Positions 39,401 through 51,064 of a stretch of DNA of 64,000 bases are shown piece after piece (within the stretch, counting starts at the first letter, position 1; each line of letters begins with the position of its first letter). The stretch spans positions 23,372,709 to 23,436,708 of the forward strand of contig OZ316894.1 of the NCBI GenBank assembly GCA_973895155.1, written 5' to 3'. Both the position numbers and the translations under genes were made by a program. This DNA is from Marsupella aquatica (lineage: Eukaryota; Plantae; Marchantiophyta). The notes below the pieces were generated by a model. That model did not search any database. It had not been told where the DNA came from and was given only the letters and a program-made list of their open reading frames with translations.

Positions 39401-42119
39401 ACTTTAAATAGCCCAGTAAGCGTTGAGAAGTCATCATCAACAGTCGACAGCCCTGGATTTGTGAACTGCCACCCTCACACCTTCCCACCCCACCCCACTC
39501 ACCTTGTCGGTGTATTCTTCACCATCTAAATAGTCCCGTTTTGAGTATTTCCCACCATTTCGTTACTTTAGGGCCAATCAATACAAAATATGTCAATGAT
39601 ACGAATCTAAATGCTGTGATTTGACCTAGTTTGACTGTGTTAAAAATGTATATCCAGCTCAGGAAATGTCTTTAATGGGCCCTGTGGACCCGAGCCTGTG
39701 TACAAACAGCCTTGCACCAGCCTTGCACCGGGACCACCAAATTTAAAGGGACTTGCTGAGTTGCTGCTCCAAGACTGTATCATCCATTAATGCTATTCTA
39801 GGTTCAATGAGAGTGAAGGTTAAATGTGTAAATTTTTAAAGAGCAATTTCTAGGAGCCAAGTGTGGTTGTCTTGAGTCTGCACTTCCACACTTGAAGGAC
39901 TGAAGTGCTCATTAAAGAGGATGAAATGGGGAGAAGGGAGTCAACTTTCACCAGATTAATCATTTTATAGATAATGCTGGTTGGACTTGGTTTTCATAAC
40001 TAGATTACCAAGAGTTACCTTCTCAAACCAGGACCTAATAGTAACTTTGAAACTTGAAGAAGTGACTCTACTAGCAGGCTTTAAGATTTGATGATCAGTA
40101 GGGCTTTACTTTTGTTGTTGTTGTCTGTGGTCCTGGATCTTTCCCGTTGCCTTGTTTCTACCCTTTGCTGGGTCTCTTGCGTTCAGATCAGGTCTCCCAG
40201 TTTGGCATTCTTTGACCTTTGGCAGTCAGACATATAGCTAGATCATTCTAATGCATTCCTATTTTAGCTTGTGCAAAAAGTTATGCAAGGTGTGTTATCA
40301 TATCACACTAGCCCCATGCCTATGCGTTGCACACAAGATGTCAAGGTGAAGTCTAAAGATCTTGAAGTGAAAAAAGATGTAGAGGTGAGGAAAAGAAGTC
40401 GAGGTGAATAAAGATATTAAGGCAAGGAAAAGATGTTAAGGCAAGGAAAAGATGTCAAGAAGAGAAAAAGATGTCAAGGTGAGAAAAAAGATGGCAAGAT
40501 GAGATAAACGAAGTCAAGGTCTCGCTGAAAACGTCACAGGTGATGCGGGATGCATCCATATAGTGAGACCCCCGAGAGCAGTGGGACAGGGCAATGAGGG
40601 AGAATGAGGAAGAGGAGCAAAGGTCATGGATAGTGCTGAGAATGGTGCGTGCCTCTCGGAAGCCACAAGGCAACGACAGGAGGCGTCTAGGAAACTGAGC
40701 GACATGGATGACAGAGTGGAATCATGCGACATTAAAAACCTTGCAGCGAGTCTTGCGCATGGAAAAACCCGAATTGCATGCAAGGAATCCCCAATGTAAT
40801 GCAATAAAGTAGTCGTGAGAGGTGAGGTGTAAACTTCACTAATTATATTAGTAGTCGGCAGGACAAAGCGACGGTAGGCAAGACGACTTGAGTCATTTTT
40901 TTCTTGAAATTGGTCAGGTTAACTACTTGTCACCGTGGATTTAGTGGACTCCCATAGTCCCACAGATTCCGTACTCTTGCCACTAAAGATGATTGAATAC
41001 TGTCATTATTTTATATGTATTTACAAATATATCATGGTTTTCATATATAGTTCCCCTGGTTACCTTGGTGAACTTGTCATCCATATACAAAACCGTTACT
41101 TTTTTGTAAATATAAAAAAGATAGTATTGTCAATTAGAACATCTCTAGTGGCAAACCACTTAGAAACTGATTATATAAAATGGACTATGAATTTATCCTA
41201 AAGTATCACACAGCAAAGAAGGGTGAGAATCAGTCTTGTACGTGAGTGACAATCATGATGTTATCCCTTCACTGGGATCTGCAATGACCACAACCAAAGG
41301 GCGCAAACACCTACCCTAGAAAAGATCAGATAAGCTTTTTGTCTGTCCAATAACAAGCAAAATATGCCTTCTCTTTCAAGCCCAGTAAGTGGGACAGAGT
41401 CATGATGTTATTACCGCCATTGGGATTCTCCCCAATGTACACACCCCCAAGGGCACAAATACCTGCCCTAGAGGAGACCAGATAAGCTTGTGGCCTGTCC
41501 ACAACGCATTTGGGGTGGAAACACATGAAGTTGCTCCATAGTAACATTGTAACCCAAGTCCCGGGCAAAGGTTGGCACCATATAAGGATGTCATGATTTG
41601 TCTCAGTCCACTCACTCCCTTACCACAACTAAAATTGTGGACTCTTTCCCGGGCCAGAGATGGGTTGGCCTAGGAGGCATGGGTGTGGTAGATCAAGCCA
41701 AAGGCACAATGAGCTGATGGAAATGAAGGAACTGATATGGGAAGGGGCCCACAAGGGACTAGTCAAGAGCCATGCACTTGAACCAGCACCACAACATGAT
41801 ACAACATGGGCCCTTACCATGTAGGAGAGGATGTTAATCAGGGTGTAATAGTGCATGCAATCAAATATCACCTGGTGTAAACATAGAGCCTATCTAACCA
41901 CCTCCTCATAGAAGACTTTCATATAGCACACTCACCATCTACTTATGGATAAAACTGGTCACTGCACTGTTTGGACTTGCTTTAGAAGGCAGAGGTTCGT
42001 GAGTCTAGGATTGGCTCACCAGCCACGCCAGAACAATCTTCCCATTTGAAGTAGTGAGTGCGACTCTTTACAAGACTTAGGGCCCCTTGCTTCTTTGTTT
42101 CCCAAATGAGATTCCTTGA

Positions 42120-42620
42120 AAGGGGGTTTTTATAAAATAAAATAAGCCGCAAAAACCCCACGGCGGGGGGGGGGGGAGCAAACAGGGAATGTTCCATCAC
42201 AGACAGAATATTATATACACATCCCGGCAGGGGTGGTTGTCAAAATCTATGGTCCCAGAGAACCACCTCATCAATCCAATAAACAGTGCCATTCCAAGCA
42301 TAAGGAGCAATCTCCCTGATGCTCAATCACCCTTGTGCTATTACCAGCATAATCTTCTGAACTTTGTTCTAAACCTGGTCCCTATGTCTCTGAGAGTGAA
42401 CAATCCTAAAGTCATTTCTATAGTTTAATCTCAGCCGTTCTGCGTTCAGCCAATCCCTTGCTCTTTGCAGTCTGTCATACTTCCTACTCTGCGGGAAACG
42501 TCTGCTGACAGCAAACAGGTTGGAACGCCTCGGGGGCCAAGTTGAATCTGCTGTGACGGGGTTCCCATCACCGAAAATCCTCAATAATTGTTTACTGGGT
42601 TGTGCCATGTGTATAACCAT
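42120..42620 (-). mobile_element. Probable degenerate LINE 3' end
   Basis: Broken minus-strand coding-like sequence followed by a C-rich/T-rich 3' tail (cccccccccgccgtggggtttttgcggcttattttattttataaaaa). No diagnostic motif. Confidence 0.3.
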
Positions 42621-42722
42621 TGTAAATAAGCCGTTTTTTAAATTTTCGAGTTAATTCCGTCCTTTCAAGTTGGTGCTGCCAGGAGGACTTTACTTTATTT
42701 CCTTCTCAGAATTGTTCTAAAC

Positions 42723-44345
42723 GGTCACGACAACCTAGAGGGGGGGGGGGAATAGGTGGCCTGGCCATTTCGCTTGAACCATTGTCAAGTTCCCCCTATA
42801 AGTCCAAGAGGTTAACTTTTCTTTTTGGGGTTAAATGGGTATAACCACAACAAGGGCCAAAAGAAGAGAATGAGTTCTTTTGAGAGGTTAAAAGTTGTTG
42901 GAGTAAAGGGGTCCATAAGGGGCAGCCCCTGTGGATGCCACCTGGCATCTCCATAAGGATGCCGGGGCGCGGAGTTCAGCCGGGGCGAAGCGTGAAGAGA
43001 AGGAGGTGGGACGGGATTAAACCCCTCTTAAGGAGCCCTCTTAAAAGGGCCCCGCGAGTGAACGGGGGAGGGGGGAATTTAATTCCCCATACCATGCGGG
43101 GCGCTACGGAGGGCCGGGGAGCGGAGGAGGCTGCACGGGGGGTTAAATGCCCCAGTACGAGGTGGTTAGGCACGGCAAGCCCTGCATAGGACCGTGGGCC
43201 ACCGGCAGCATCCAAATGCGAGCGAGATGTGAGGAGCAGGAGAGGTGGCAGCCGCGTGTCAGCATGCACGCACCCTGCATAGGGCCGTGAGTCGGGGCGC
43301 ATGGCGTGAGTGCAGTCGTGAGAGAAAAAAAGGCTCAGGTCAACACGGGGACCCCGGGGATGCCACCCCGATCTGTCACCCCTGGGACTCCCATGGCCAC
43401 CGGACAGGTTTTACCATTGGAGTTGCAGTCCGGTGAAGAGGCGGCCTTATGGAAGGACACAATTGGTGAGGGGTACATCAAGGCATGGCAGGCTTTGGCC
43501 AATTTGAGGAAGCAGGGGAGCACTAGCACAAGGAGTACCCCGGTGAAGAAGAAGAGGAGTGAAGTGGCACTCACTCCATTGGAGAGTGAAGAGGAGGCCC
43601 ACTCACGGGGCTCAAGCTAGGGCACCGTGAGTGAAGAGGAGGAGGATTAGAGTGGTTGTACGGCCCCTTGACTTTCCAAATTTTTGTGAGGGGTCACTCA
43701 CGGGCTTGTTGGAAAGAGCTCGCGGAGCTGATTCCAACAAGAGGCAGTGCTCCTCAAACGGAGCCAGGATGAGCAAGTTAGGGCCCGACGAAGTTGGGTT
43801 TACGGGATACTGAAATGACCGTAACTTGGTCGTCCGATGTCCGTTTCACGAGCGGTTGAGTGATTCATGATCAGGAGGAGGAGGGGTAACCAAGGGTTAA
43901 CTCAGAAGTGCAAGTGGAGGGGCACCTAGTTTCGGCCATTGTGAGGTTCCTTGCAATTTCACGATTCATGGAGTAATGTTGGGGCGCCGTCGAAGGCACC
44001 GTCGGTCCCATTGTTAGTTTAGGGTTTAGGGTTTTGGAAGCATGTGTGCCGCATGCTTTTAGTTTAGAGGTTTCTTAGTGAAGGGTTTAGCGGCGCCGCT
44101 AGGGTAAGTCGCCATCGTTGAGGCCCGTGAGGGGTGCCTTGGGGTGTTTTTTTTGGTATTTAGGGGAGAGCCCCGTAGTGGTTTAGGGGGGGACTCAGTC
44201 TAGTGTTGGTTTGAGGGAAGTTAGCTCATAGCCAGAAGAGGGAATCAAGCCAGAGTAATGAGGTAGAGGTGTAGCACTTGCCCCAATGAGGTAGGAGTTG
44301 GGTAGACGGGAGGAGGCCGGGTTGTCCTTGCAATGTGTTATGACG
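42723..44345. mobile_element. Candidate long solo LTR (~1.6 kb), GC-rich
   Basis: Starts (g)gtcacgacaacctagagggggggggggaataggt, resembling the AGAGGGGGGG(T)GAATAG terminal motif of plant copia LTRs. Ends tgttatgac, an imperfect inverted match to gtcacgaca. No TSD found. Confidence 0.4.
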
Positions 44346-44699
44346 TTTTGCCAAAAGATATGGATTTGGTTTGATTCATCAAGTTTTGGTGTGGCATTAC
44401 CTTTTCTGGTTCACACGATTGTGTTCTTTCCCAAGAAGTGTCTAAGGAATCCTTGCACGGCTTGGTCAACCATGTGAGTAGGAGGGGTGGTGACAACACT
44501 CCACCAACGACCAGTAGGAGTGTGTGTGTGGCGTAGTCCATAGGACTTGATCAAAAGCAGAGCGGCTAGTCGGTAGACTTGATCAAAATTTACATTTTCG
44601 GGAGCGGAAATAAACATACTCATCCTACATGCAATAGAATCTTAATAGCATCCCTCCACGTTCTCGTCATACGATAACAAACGATTTTAGTAGGAGTAA

Positions 44700-46275
44700 A
44701 TATGTATTTGTCGTGTAAATTGTTTGATAAGCAAGTGATATCTGCACAAATTGAATATCGTCCCATTGGCTCTGAAGGAAATACCAGCCTGGCTTGTGGA
44801 AACAGGATGTAAGATAAGTAGAGACGGAGAAGTACTCAAATACCTCGGTGCCCCTTTTGGTATTGGGCTGCAGATGGAGCATATCCATAGCTTTTGTTTA
44901 GATAAAATTGCCTCTCAACTAGCTTCATGGTCGAGCAAGATGCTTTCATTTACTGGTAGAACACTGCTCATCAAACATGTGTTGCTTGCAATCCCTATAT
45001 ACCATGTGATGTTTATGAAAGCCTCCAATGAACTAGAGAGGAAGATGATTGCTCTGTGTAGGGATTTCTTGTGGGGTATCAACCTCATGTGCACTGAGCA
45101 GAAGAATAAGCTCCCCCTGGTGGCGTGGGCCAACATGGCGCGACCCAAGGTGGAAGGGGGACTTGGATTTCATGACTCTGATGCCATTCAGAGGCGCTAT
45201 TAACCCAGTGGACCACGAAAGCTCTTGACTCCTCGGCCTCGGAATGGGCTTGTCTCTTTTTGGCGAATCTAAATTTGGTGGGCTGACAGAATTTTTGAAC
45301 AATTAGAAGAAATGGTTACACAATCAAAGACAAGTTACTTTTGTGGCGGAGGGATGCCATACTCGGGTGGCCTATGGAAGGCCTGGTCTCTCTGCGGGCG
45401 CATCTATGTTTTGTCCTTGGGGCTGCTGGATTTCCCGGTCGTTGGAGCATAGGGGATGCTCTCCGCTGTACAGTGGGTTTCCAATCCTGGTCGCAAGACC
45501 ATTTGGAAATTACTACGGAGCTACTTGGGAAGCTCGGAATTAAGGCTATTATGGACCTGTGGGATGAGGCAACCCACTCCTGGAGACCGTTAACAGAAAG
45601 GTGGCACAGACTACGTGGGTTTGACCTGGCTTACCGGGACCGCAGCAGGCTCTTTCTTCAAAAGATACGGGAACAAGCAAACTGTGACTAAGGATACGAA
45701 CCAGGTGCGAGAATGTGGCGTTGGGCTGATGATCAGAGGTCTTCAACGTATTTTAAAATACCCAATCATCGCATTTACCAGATGCTGAGGCCAAAAGGGG
45801 CTGATTATCAGAGATGGAACAGGATATGGGGCTCAGAGTACACGGAGACACAATGGATGAAATGCTGGGCAAATCTATGGCGATCTGATCTTTCTACAAG
45901 GGCTAAAACCTTCATCTGGAGAATTATTGTTGGAGGTCTCTTCACAGGCTCCCGAGCTCTTACCATCGAGGCGGACCCGGGGATCTGCTCCTTTTGCTTG
46001 GAACACCTGGAGACGATCCCCCACCTTTTCTTTCAAGAACATAGTAGCTGATACGTTAGAAATAGTCTAGCAGTGTGGGTATGTGCTCGTCCGACGGAAG
46101 CCTCCAGTAGATCCAGCATACCATGTCCATAACTGAACAAAAAGCCCTGTCCCACTTCAAGCCCAAAACTCCAGCATGTGGACGCAAATGGACAGTATGG
46201 CTAGCACGGAATGAACAGGTTTTCAAAAAACTGAATAAACATGCTTTTGATTTTAAACTTGTGTTTCCCAAATGA
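44700..46275 (+). mobile_element. L1-clade LINE ORF2 3' portion (RT C-terminus and zf-RVT), pseudogenised
   Basis: KYLGAPFG, LSFTGRTLLIKHVLLAIPIY, CRDFLWG, PKVEGGLG, WRSDLSTRAKTFIWRI, CSFC..LETIPHLFF. Several frameshifts. Confidence 0.9.
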
Positions 46276-46786
46276 GATTATATCTAGATCTATGATTGGA
46301 AATAATTCCTTTACAAGAATGGAGGGCCCATACAAGTTGGCTTTACAAGAACTCCCCTCTCCTGCATTTTTCTGTGGTAAAATTTGGCAAATCCACTTTG
46401 CTGGAAAGTGTTGGTCACTTTAATCAACATTTTCCTCTGTTTTTTTCACCGTGTCACCTACTGTCCCTCAATACCCAGAATATCCGGGAGTTATCCGTAA
46501 ACCTAGGGGAAACTAACTTTAGTGGTCAAAATTCAATCTAGGAAAGTCAAGAGGAAGCTAAGGGCTGTCTTGCATGTGCAAGAGTCCTGAGCAAAGCGAC
46601 CCTTACGGCCCACAGATGTCAGGGAAAAGTGGGAGTGTGGATCTAAACACAATCTTTGGAAGTTTACGTGTGACGTGCTCACTCCGTCGCATCTACTTCT
46701 TTGTCGTTCACACCGCAAATTCTACAGGGCAGGATGCAGGAGCTTCTACACTAAAACTTGCCCCTGCAAAGTCGATGCCTGCATAT

Positions 46787-46906
46787 TTCCGCATTACATG
46801 CGGCAATGCGAAGCAAAGTTCCGCATTACATGTGGCAATGGGTAGCAAAGTTCCGCATTACATGCGGCAATGGGAAGCAAAGTTCCGCATTACATGCGGC
46901 AATGCA
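46787..46906. repeat. Four ~32-bp tandem units, each containing the palindrome CCGCAT-TAC-ATGCGG
   Basis: ttccgcattacatg(c/t)ggcaatg...agcaaag repeated four times. Confidence 0.9.
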
Positions 46907-47084
46907 AAAACAACATAACGTGAAAGTGCCTTGCGCAACCTCACTCATTTCTGCTTGCTTCCTACTGTTTGGTCACTGCCGTTGCTCCTTGCCTCTGCAA
47001 AGTTCCATTGCGCTGCTGCCTTGAATCACAACATGCGCTCATGCCTTGATAGCTGCCTCAATACTTCACCCGGAATTGTTGATG

Positions 47085-47222
47085 TTTGCTCACTGCCGCT
47101 ACTTCGTTCCTTTGCTTTGCTCACTGCCGTTGCTTCGTTCGTTTGCTTTGCTCACTGCCGCGCGCTACTTTGTTCCTTTGCTTTGCTCACTGCCGCGCGC
47201 TACTTCATTCCTTTGCGCTGCT
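47085..47222. repeat. Tandem repeat tttgctcactgccg(cgcg)ctactt-gttcctttgc x4
   Basis: Four visible units. Confidence 0.85.
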
Positions 47223-47911
47223 GCTCAGTTGTACATGGGCTGAGAAACCTGAATTGGACTTGCACTCATGCTCACAGAGCACTGCTCGATACCGGACTGT
47301 TGCCTTCAATGGAAATCGTCAAGAACTCACTAGGATTGCTCCTTGTTGACTTCGTGTCCTTCGTCTTTCCTTAACGGTTGGTGCCAACATTTGATTCCAG
47401 GCACAAAATTTCTGGGAGGAGACTACTAGCCGTTCACACCTGATCTAAGCAAAGCTAATGTCAATGTTGCGACCTCTGTGAAGCAGCAAGTACTGTAAAG
47501 CAAGGACTTACAAAGAATTCCTCACAATCCTTGCTTATAGTGTTTCGAGTGTCACCTAACAATTCCTAACAGAATCTATGTGTACACTTGTCAAGTACTA
47601 TTTTTCTTTTGAACCCGTATATAGTAGAGTGTAGGTATTTTACAGACATACAAAGGATGAGTATATGTCCTAAGCTTTCCTTACTTTGATATGTACTTTA
47701 CAGAAATTCAGTGGTTACTTTGTATGCATGCACATCAATGCTCACAAAAATTAACTTCACTCTTTGCTACTACTTGGTTCACTTGTGTATGTCTAATTAA
47801 TTGGTTCACTCATTTATTACCCTCAATTTCTCTCTTGACTTTTGACATGTTCTTTCCATTAAATCACTATTGTGCAGGGCTTTTGAGTTCGGACTGTTTT
47901 GAATGCTCTCA

Positions 47912-49240
47912 AATGAGGAATGAGAAATAATATTGTCTATCATTGTTGCTCGCCAGCAACTGCTCTTGCTGCAACTGCAATTGGTCACTCTGGTTGCCAC
48001 CAATTCTTTACCACATAGACTGGTGATGACAACGGTACACAATTTGCAAATTTACTTCGACTCTTTCAAACTATTCAACATGCATTTTACTGAGATTATC
48101 ATCATATCTCTGGGAATTACATTGATCCTAGGTCAAGAGAGTGGAGCAGCTGGTATTTGATGCATGTCATCGAGCATGATTCTGTTCGTTTCAAATATTT
48201 GTTTTGAGTGTCACCGACAACATTCATGTACATTTGTGACCTGGTTAGAGAAGACATGACAACGAATCCAGCAATTTGACGAACAGGATATTGTCCGTTG
48301 AGCGTCAGGTTGTCATAGCCCTACGACAGTTTTCCAGTGGGTGTTTGCTACTGACACTTTCAGAGATGTTTGGCGTTTCCGTCCCATGCATATCAGATGT
48401 TGTTTGGCGATTTGTTAGGGCTTTAATTGTGCGAGGCAGAGGGCAACATTTGAGTTGGCCACAAGGAGAGGCCATGGCAAGGGTAAAAGAAGAATTTCGC
48501 CAATTGCAAGGATTTCCAAATTGTTGTGGTGCCATTGATGCCACTCATTTTCAAGTGGAGTTACCTCCTGGAACAAATTCTGCTGATTATCGTGATTACA
48601 AACATGGTCAGAGCATTTCCATGCAAGCTGTCTGTGATAGTCATCTTCAATTTTTGGATGTTTTTTCAGGATGGCCTGGCAGCATTCAAGACTCTCGCCT
48701 TCTACGGGTGTCTGGTTTTTTTAGTGATGTTATGGAATATCACACAAAACTCTCCGGTCCAGTATTTACTTCTCCAACCGGATTCAGTACAAGGGAGTAC
48801 ATTATTGGAGATTCTGGTTACCCTGCTTATCCCTGGTTGCTTAACCCTTTTCCTGCTACAACAGAGCATAGTCGCAAAAGACACTTTAATTATATGTTGA
48901 GCTCAACTAGGATGTGTGTGGAACGAGCTTTTGGGAATTGAAGAATAGTTGGAGATTTATTTCACGCAAGATGTATAGGCCATCTCCTTATCGACTAGCG
49001 CACTATATTACTTGTGCATGTATTCTTCATAATATTCGTATTGACCGTGGAGATGTGTACGATCTAGCTTGGGGGATAGATCCAAACCCTCCTTATGAAC
49101 CCGAAGGGCCCCCTGCTGCACATCATAATTACGATAATGGGCGTAGATATCGCATTGCAATGATGGATCATTTGTTGCCAGAGATAGAGTGGGAGGAACA
49201 ACAAAGGCGTAATGCTGCCCCTAGGGATCATAGATTGTGA
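47912..49240 (+). pseudogene. PIF/Harbinger transposase (DDE_Tnp_4, HARBI1-like), disrupted
   Basis: LF*VSPTTF, LSVERQVVIAL, GFPNCCGAIDATH, QAVCD, GWPGSIQDSR, YIIGDSGYP, FNYMLSSTRMCVERAFG, CACILHN. Stop at 48205 and frameshifts near 48275 and 48935. Start approximate. Confidence 0.92.
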
Positions 49241-49385
49241 TCACTTATGTTTTCACACATGTTTACGGAAAATTTGAAATAAAATTTGTGATTGAAATGT
49301 GCATCAAAGTGTCATCAAAGATTGTACATAGTTTCATGTCACTCTCAATTCAAGCACTGTCTACACAAACCAAACAAATGCTACT

Positions 49386-50498
49386 TTATTGTGAAGGCCG
49401 TGAAGAACTTGCAAGCTTCTCCGTTAGGACCTCAGTCAAACGTGTTATCTGCTCGGTTGTTGTCGTCATTGCTGTAGCCAAAGTCCTCTCTTGTCGCTCT
49501 TGGACCTGACACTCACGTTCTCGGATTTCACACTCACGTTCTCGGATGTGAGAATCATGTTCACAAATTTCACAATCGCGCTTGGCCGAGAAAGCCATGT
49601 CAACACAACTATTGGCCATGGTTTTGAATTGCGCTTGCCTATCTCATCCAAACTTGAATGCCTTTCGCTTCACACCTCTCTTGCTTGGGCCAGAAAAGTC
49701 CTGAGGGGATGATGGTTGTCTCACTCCATCAGTATTGTTGGTGTTCCCTTGTGCACTTTGTTGCATTGGCCTTGCACAATCAGCCTGACTAGCAGGTACA
49801 GACCTATCTTCATCAACGTCATCTTCATGATCACTTGCAAAACACAAAACTTGCTGCATTCAATAAAAGAAGACGGTAGTAAAGAAATTTAACTCATAAA
49901 CTAAAGATAGATACATTGTCTTGGGTAGCAAAGCACTTGTAGAGGTGAGAGTAAAAACTATCTTACTTTCTGACGACAAAATTAATGGATCCTCCTGGGG
50001 GTTTCGGTCCATCGAAGAAATGTCAGATAAGAATTGTTTAGGTGGAGTGATGCGCGGAATATCTGCATACCACTCCATCATTATCTCATACAAATCAATA
50101 GAGAAATTAGTGGGAAATCTCTTTTCGCGTCGCAACTTGTCATCCATGTTGAAGTAGGAAATCTGCCCAGTTTTCTGCAAATTCTCATAGTCATAAATCA
50201 TTTTGAACTTGCTGTCAATGAGCTGCCACTTCTTCTTACAACTGTTGTGATCTCGAATAGGATTAGTGAACCCCTCATCCTCCATAAATTTTGCCATTGC
50301 TTTCCATTTCAACTTAGTGCTGGTCATCTTCTGCTGAGTGGAGCCTCCCAGTACAACAGTATGGTACTCATTTTTTTTTGCTGCAATAAGAGCCTTCATC
50401 TTTGTGTGAGTCCAATCTGGCAACTTACTCTTTCCTTGAGGTTGTGATGCACCTTGCCATGAAGTTGTGCCTTGACCACTCTAGTTTTGGCTTGTCAT
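49386..50498 (-). pseudogene. Harbinger-associated Myb/SANT (trihelix-like) DNA-binding protein with C-terminal coiled coil, disrupted
   Basis: DWTHTKMKALIAAK...KWKAMAKFM...RDHNSCKKKW...SYFNM...FPTNFSIDLYEIM. ATG at 50498 follows an acceptor and has an in-frame TAG at 50481-50483. Intron donor at ~49966; IRERECE repeats at the C-terminus. Confidence 0.85.
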
Positions 50499-50600
50499 CT
50501 GAAAGCCAAAAAACAATATGCAAATTACTTTGTCAAAAAGTTACAAAACTAATGGACAAAAAAGGGTATAACCACCGTGCTAGCAAATAGTAAATAGATA

Positions 50601-50775
50601 TTCTCATACGAGCCAATTTTGCCTCGTACAAGCAAAATTTTGTCTCGTACAAGTAAACAAGTTCCTCGTATGAGCATATCTATTTACTCGTACGAGTTTC
50701 TGTTTTCTTGTATGAGTTTCTATTTTCTTGTATGAGTTTCTATTTTCTTGTATGAGTATTTTTTTTCTTGTATGC
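50601..50775. repeat. Array of CTCGTACGAG-like palindromes decaying into (ttcttgtatgagtttctatt)n
   Basis: ctcatacgag, ctcgtacaag x2, ctcgtatgag and ctcgtacgag, then cttgtatgag repeats at ~20-bp spacing. Confidence 0.8.
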
Positions 50776-50940
50776 ATTTTAGTTTCTTCTCTTCACGGTA
50801 TGTAGCGTCCATATATGCAATAATTGTGCGGACAATATTATGGTGGGTCCCACCATTGTACAACATCAGAGGAAATTTCTTGACGATTTCACACAAGGAC
50901 TCCAATATATTGCCACAAAATATGAAGTCGAAACAAAGTC

Positions 50941-50973
50941 ATACAATACTAGCGCCTGGCGCTAGTATTGTAT
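50941..50973. repeat. Perfect 33-bp palindrome ATACAATACTAGCGCC-T-GGCGCTAGTATTGTAT
   Basis: The 16-bp arms are exact reverse complements. This is the first copy of the dispersed palindrome family. Confidence 0.95.
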
Positions 50974-51064
50974 TATACAAAAAAACAACACTTTAAGAAC
51001 TCACACTTCTGCCCGTTAGAAAAGACAAACTACAATTGTAGCTGTTCAACGATAAAGCAACAGT

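Larger units (their letters stand above)
46562..50760. mobile_element. PIF/Harbinger DNA transposon, left part; right end not identified in this window
   Basis: Convergent DDE_Tnp_4 transposase and Myb/SANT genes. Candidate terminus TAA|GGGCTGTCT at 46559-46570. Subterminal palindromic repeat arrays. Confidence 0.75.

Noticed and set aside
33500-42000. Many 60-100 aa ORFs
   Set aside because: No recognisable domains or consistent exon structure; likely intergenic DNA and old TE debris.
44088-44101. Palindrome TAGCGGCGCCGCTA similar to the module motif
   Set aside because: Different internal sequence and length, single copy, inside an unrelated GC-rich LTR-like region.
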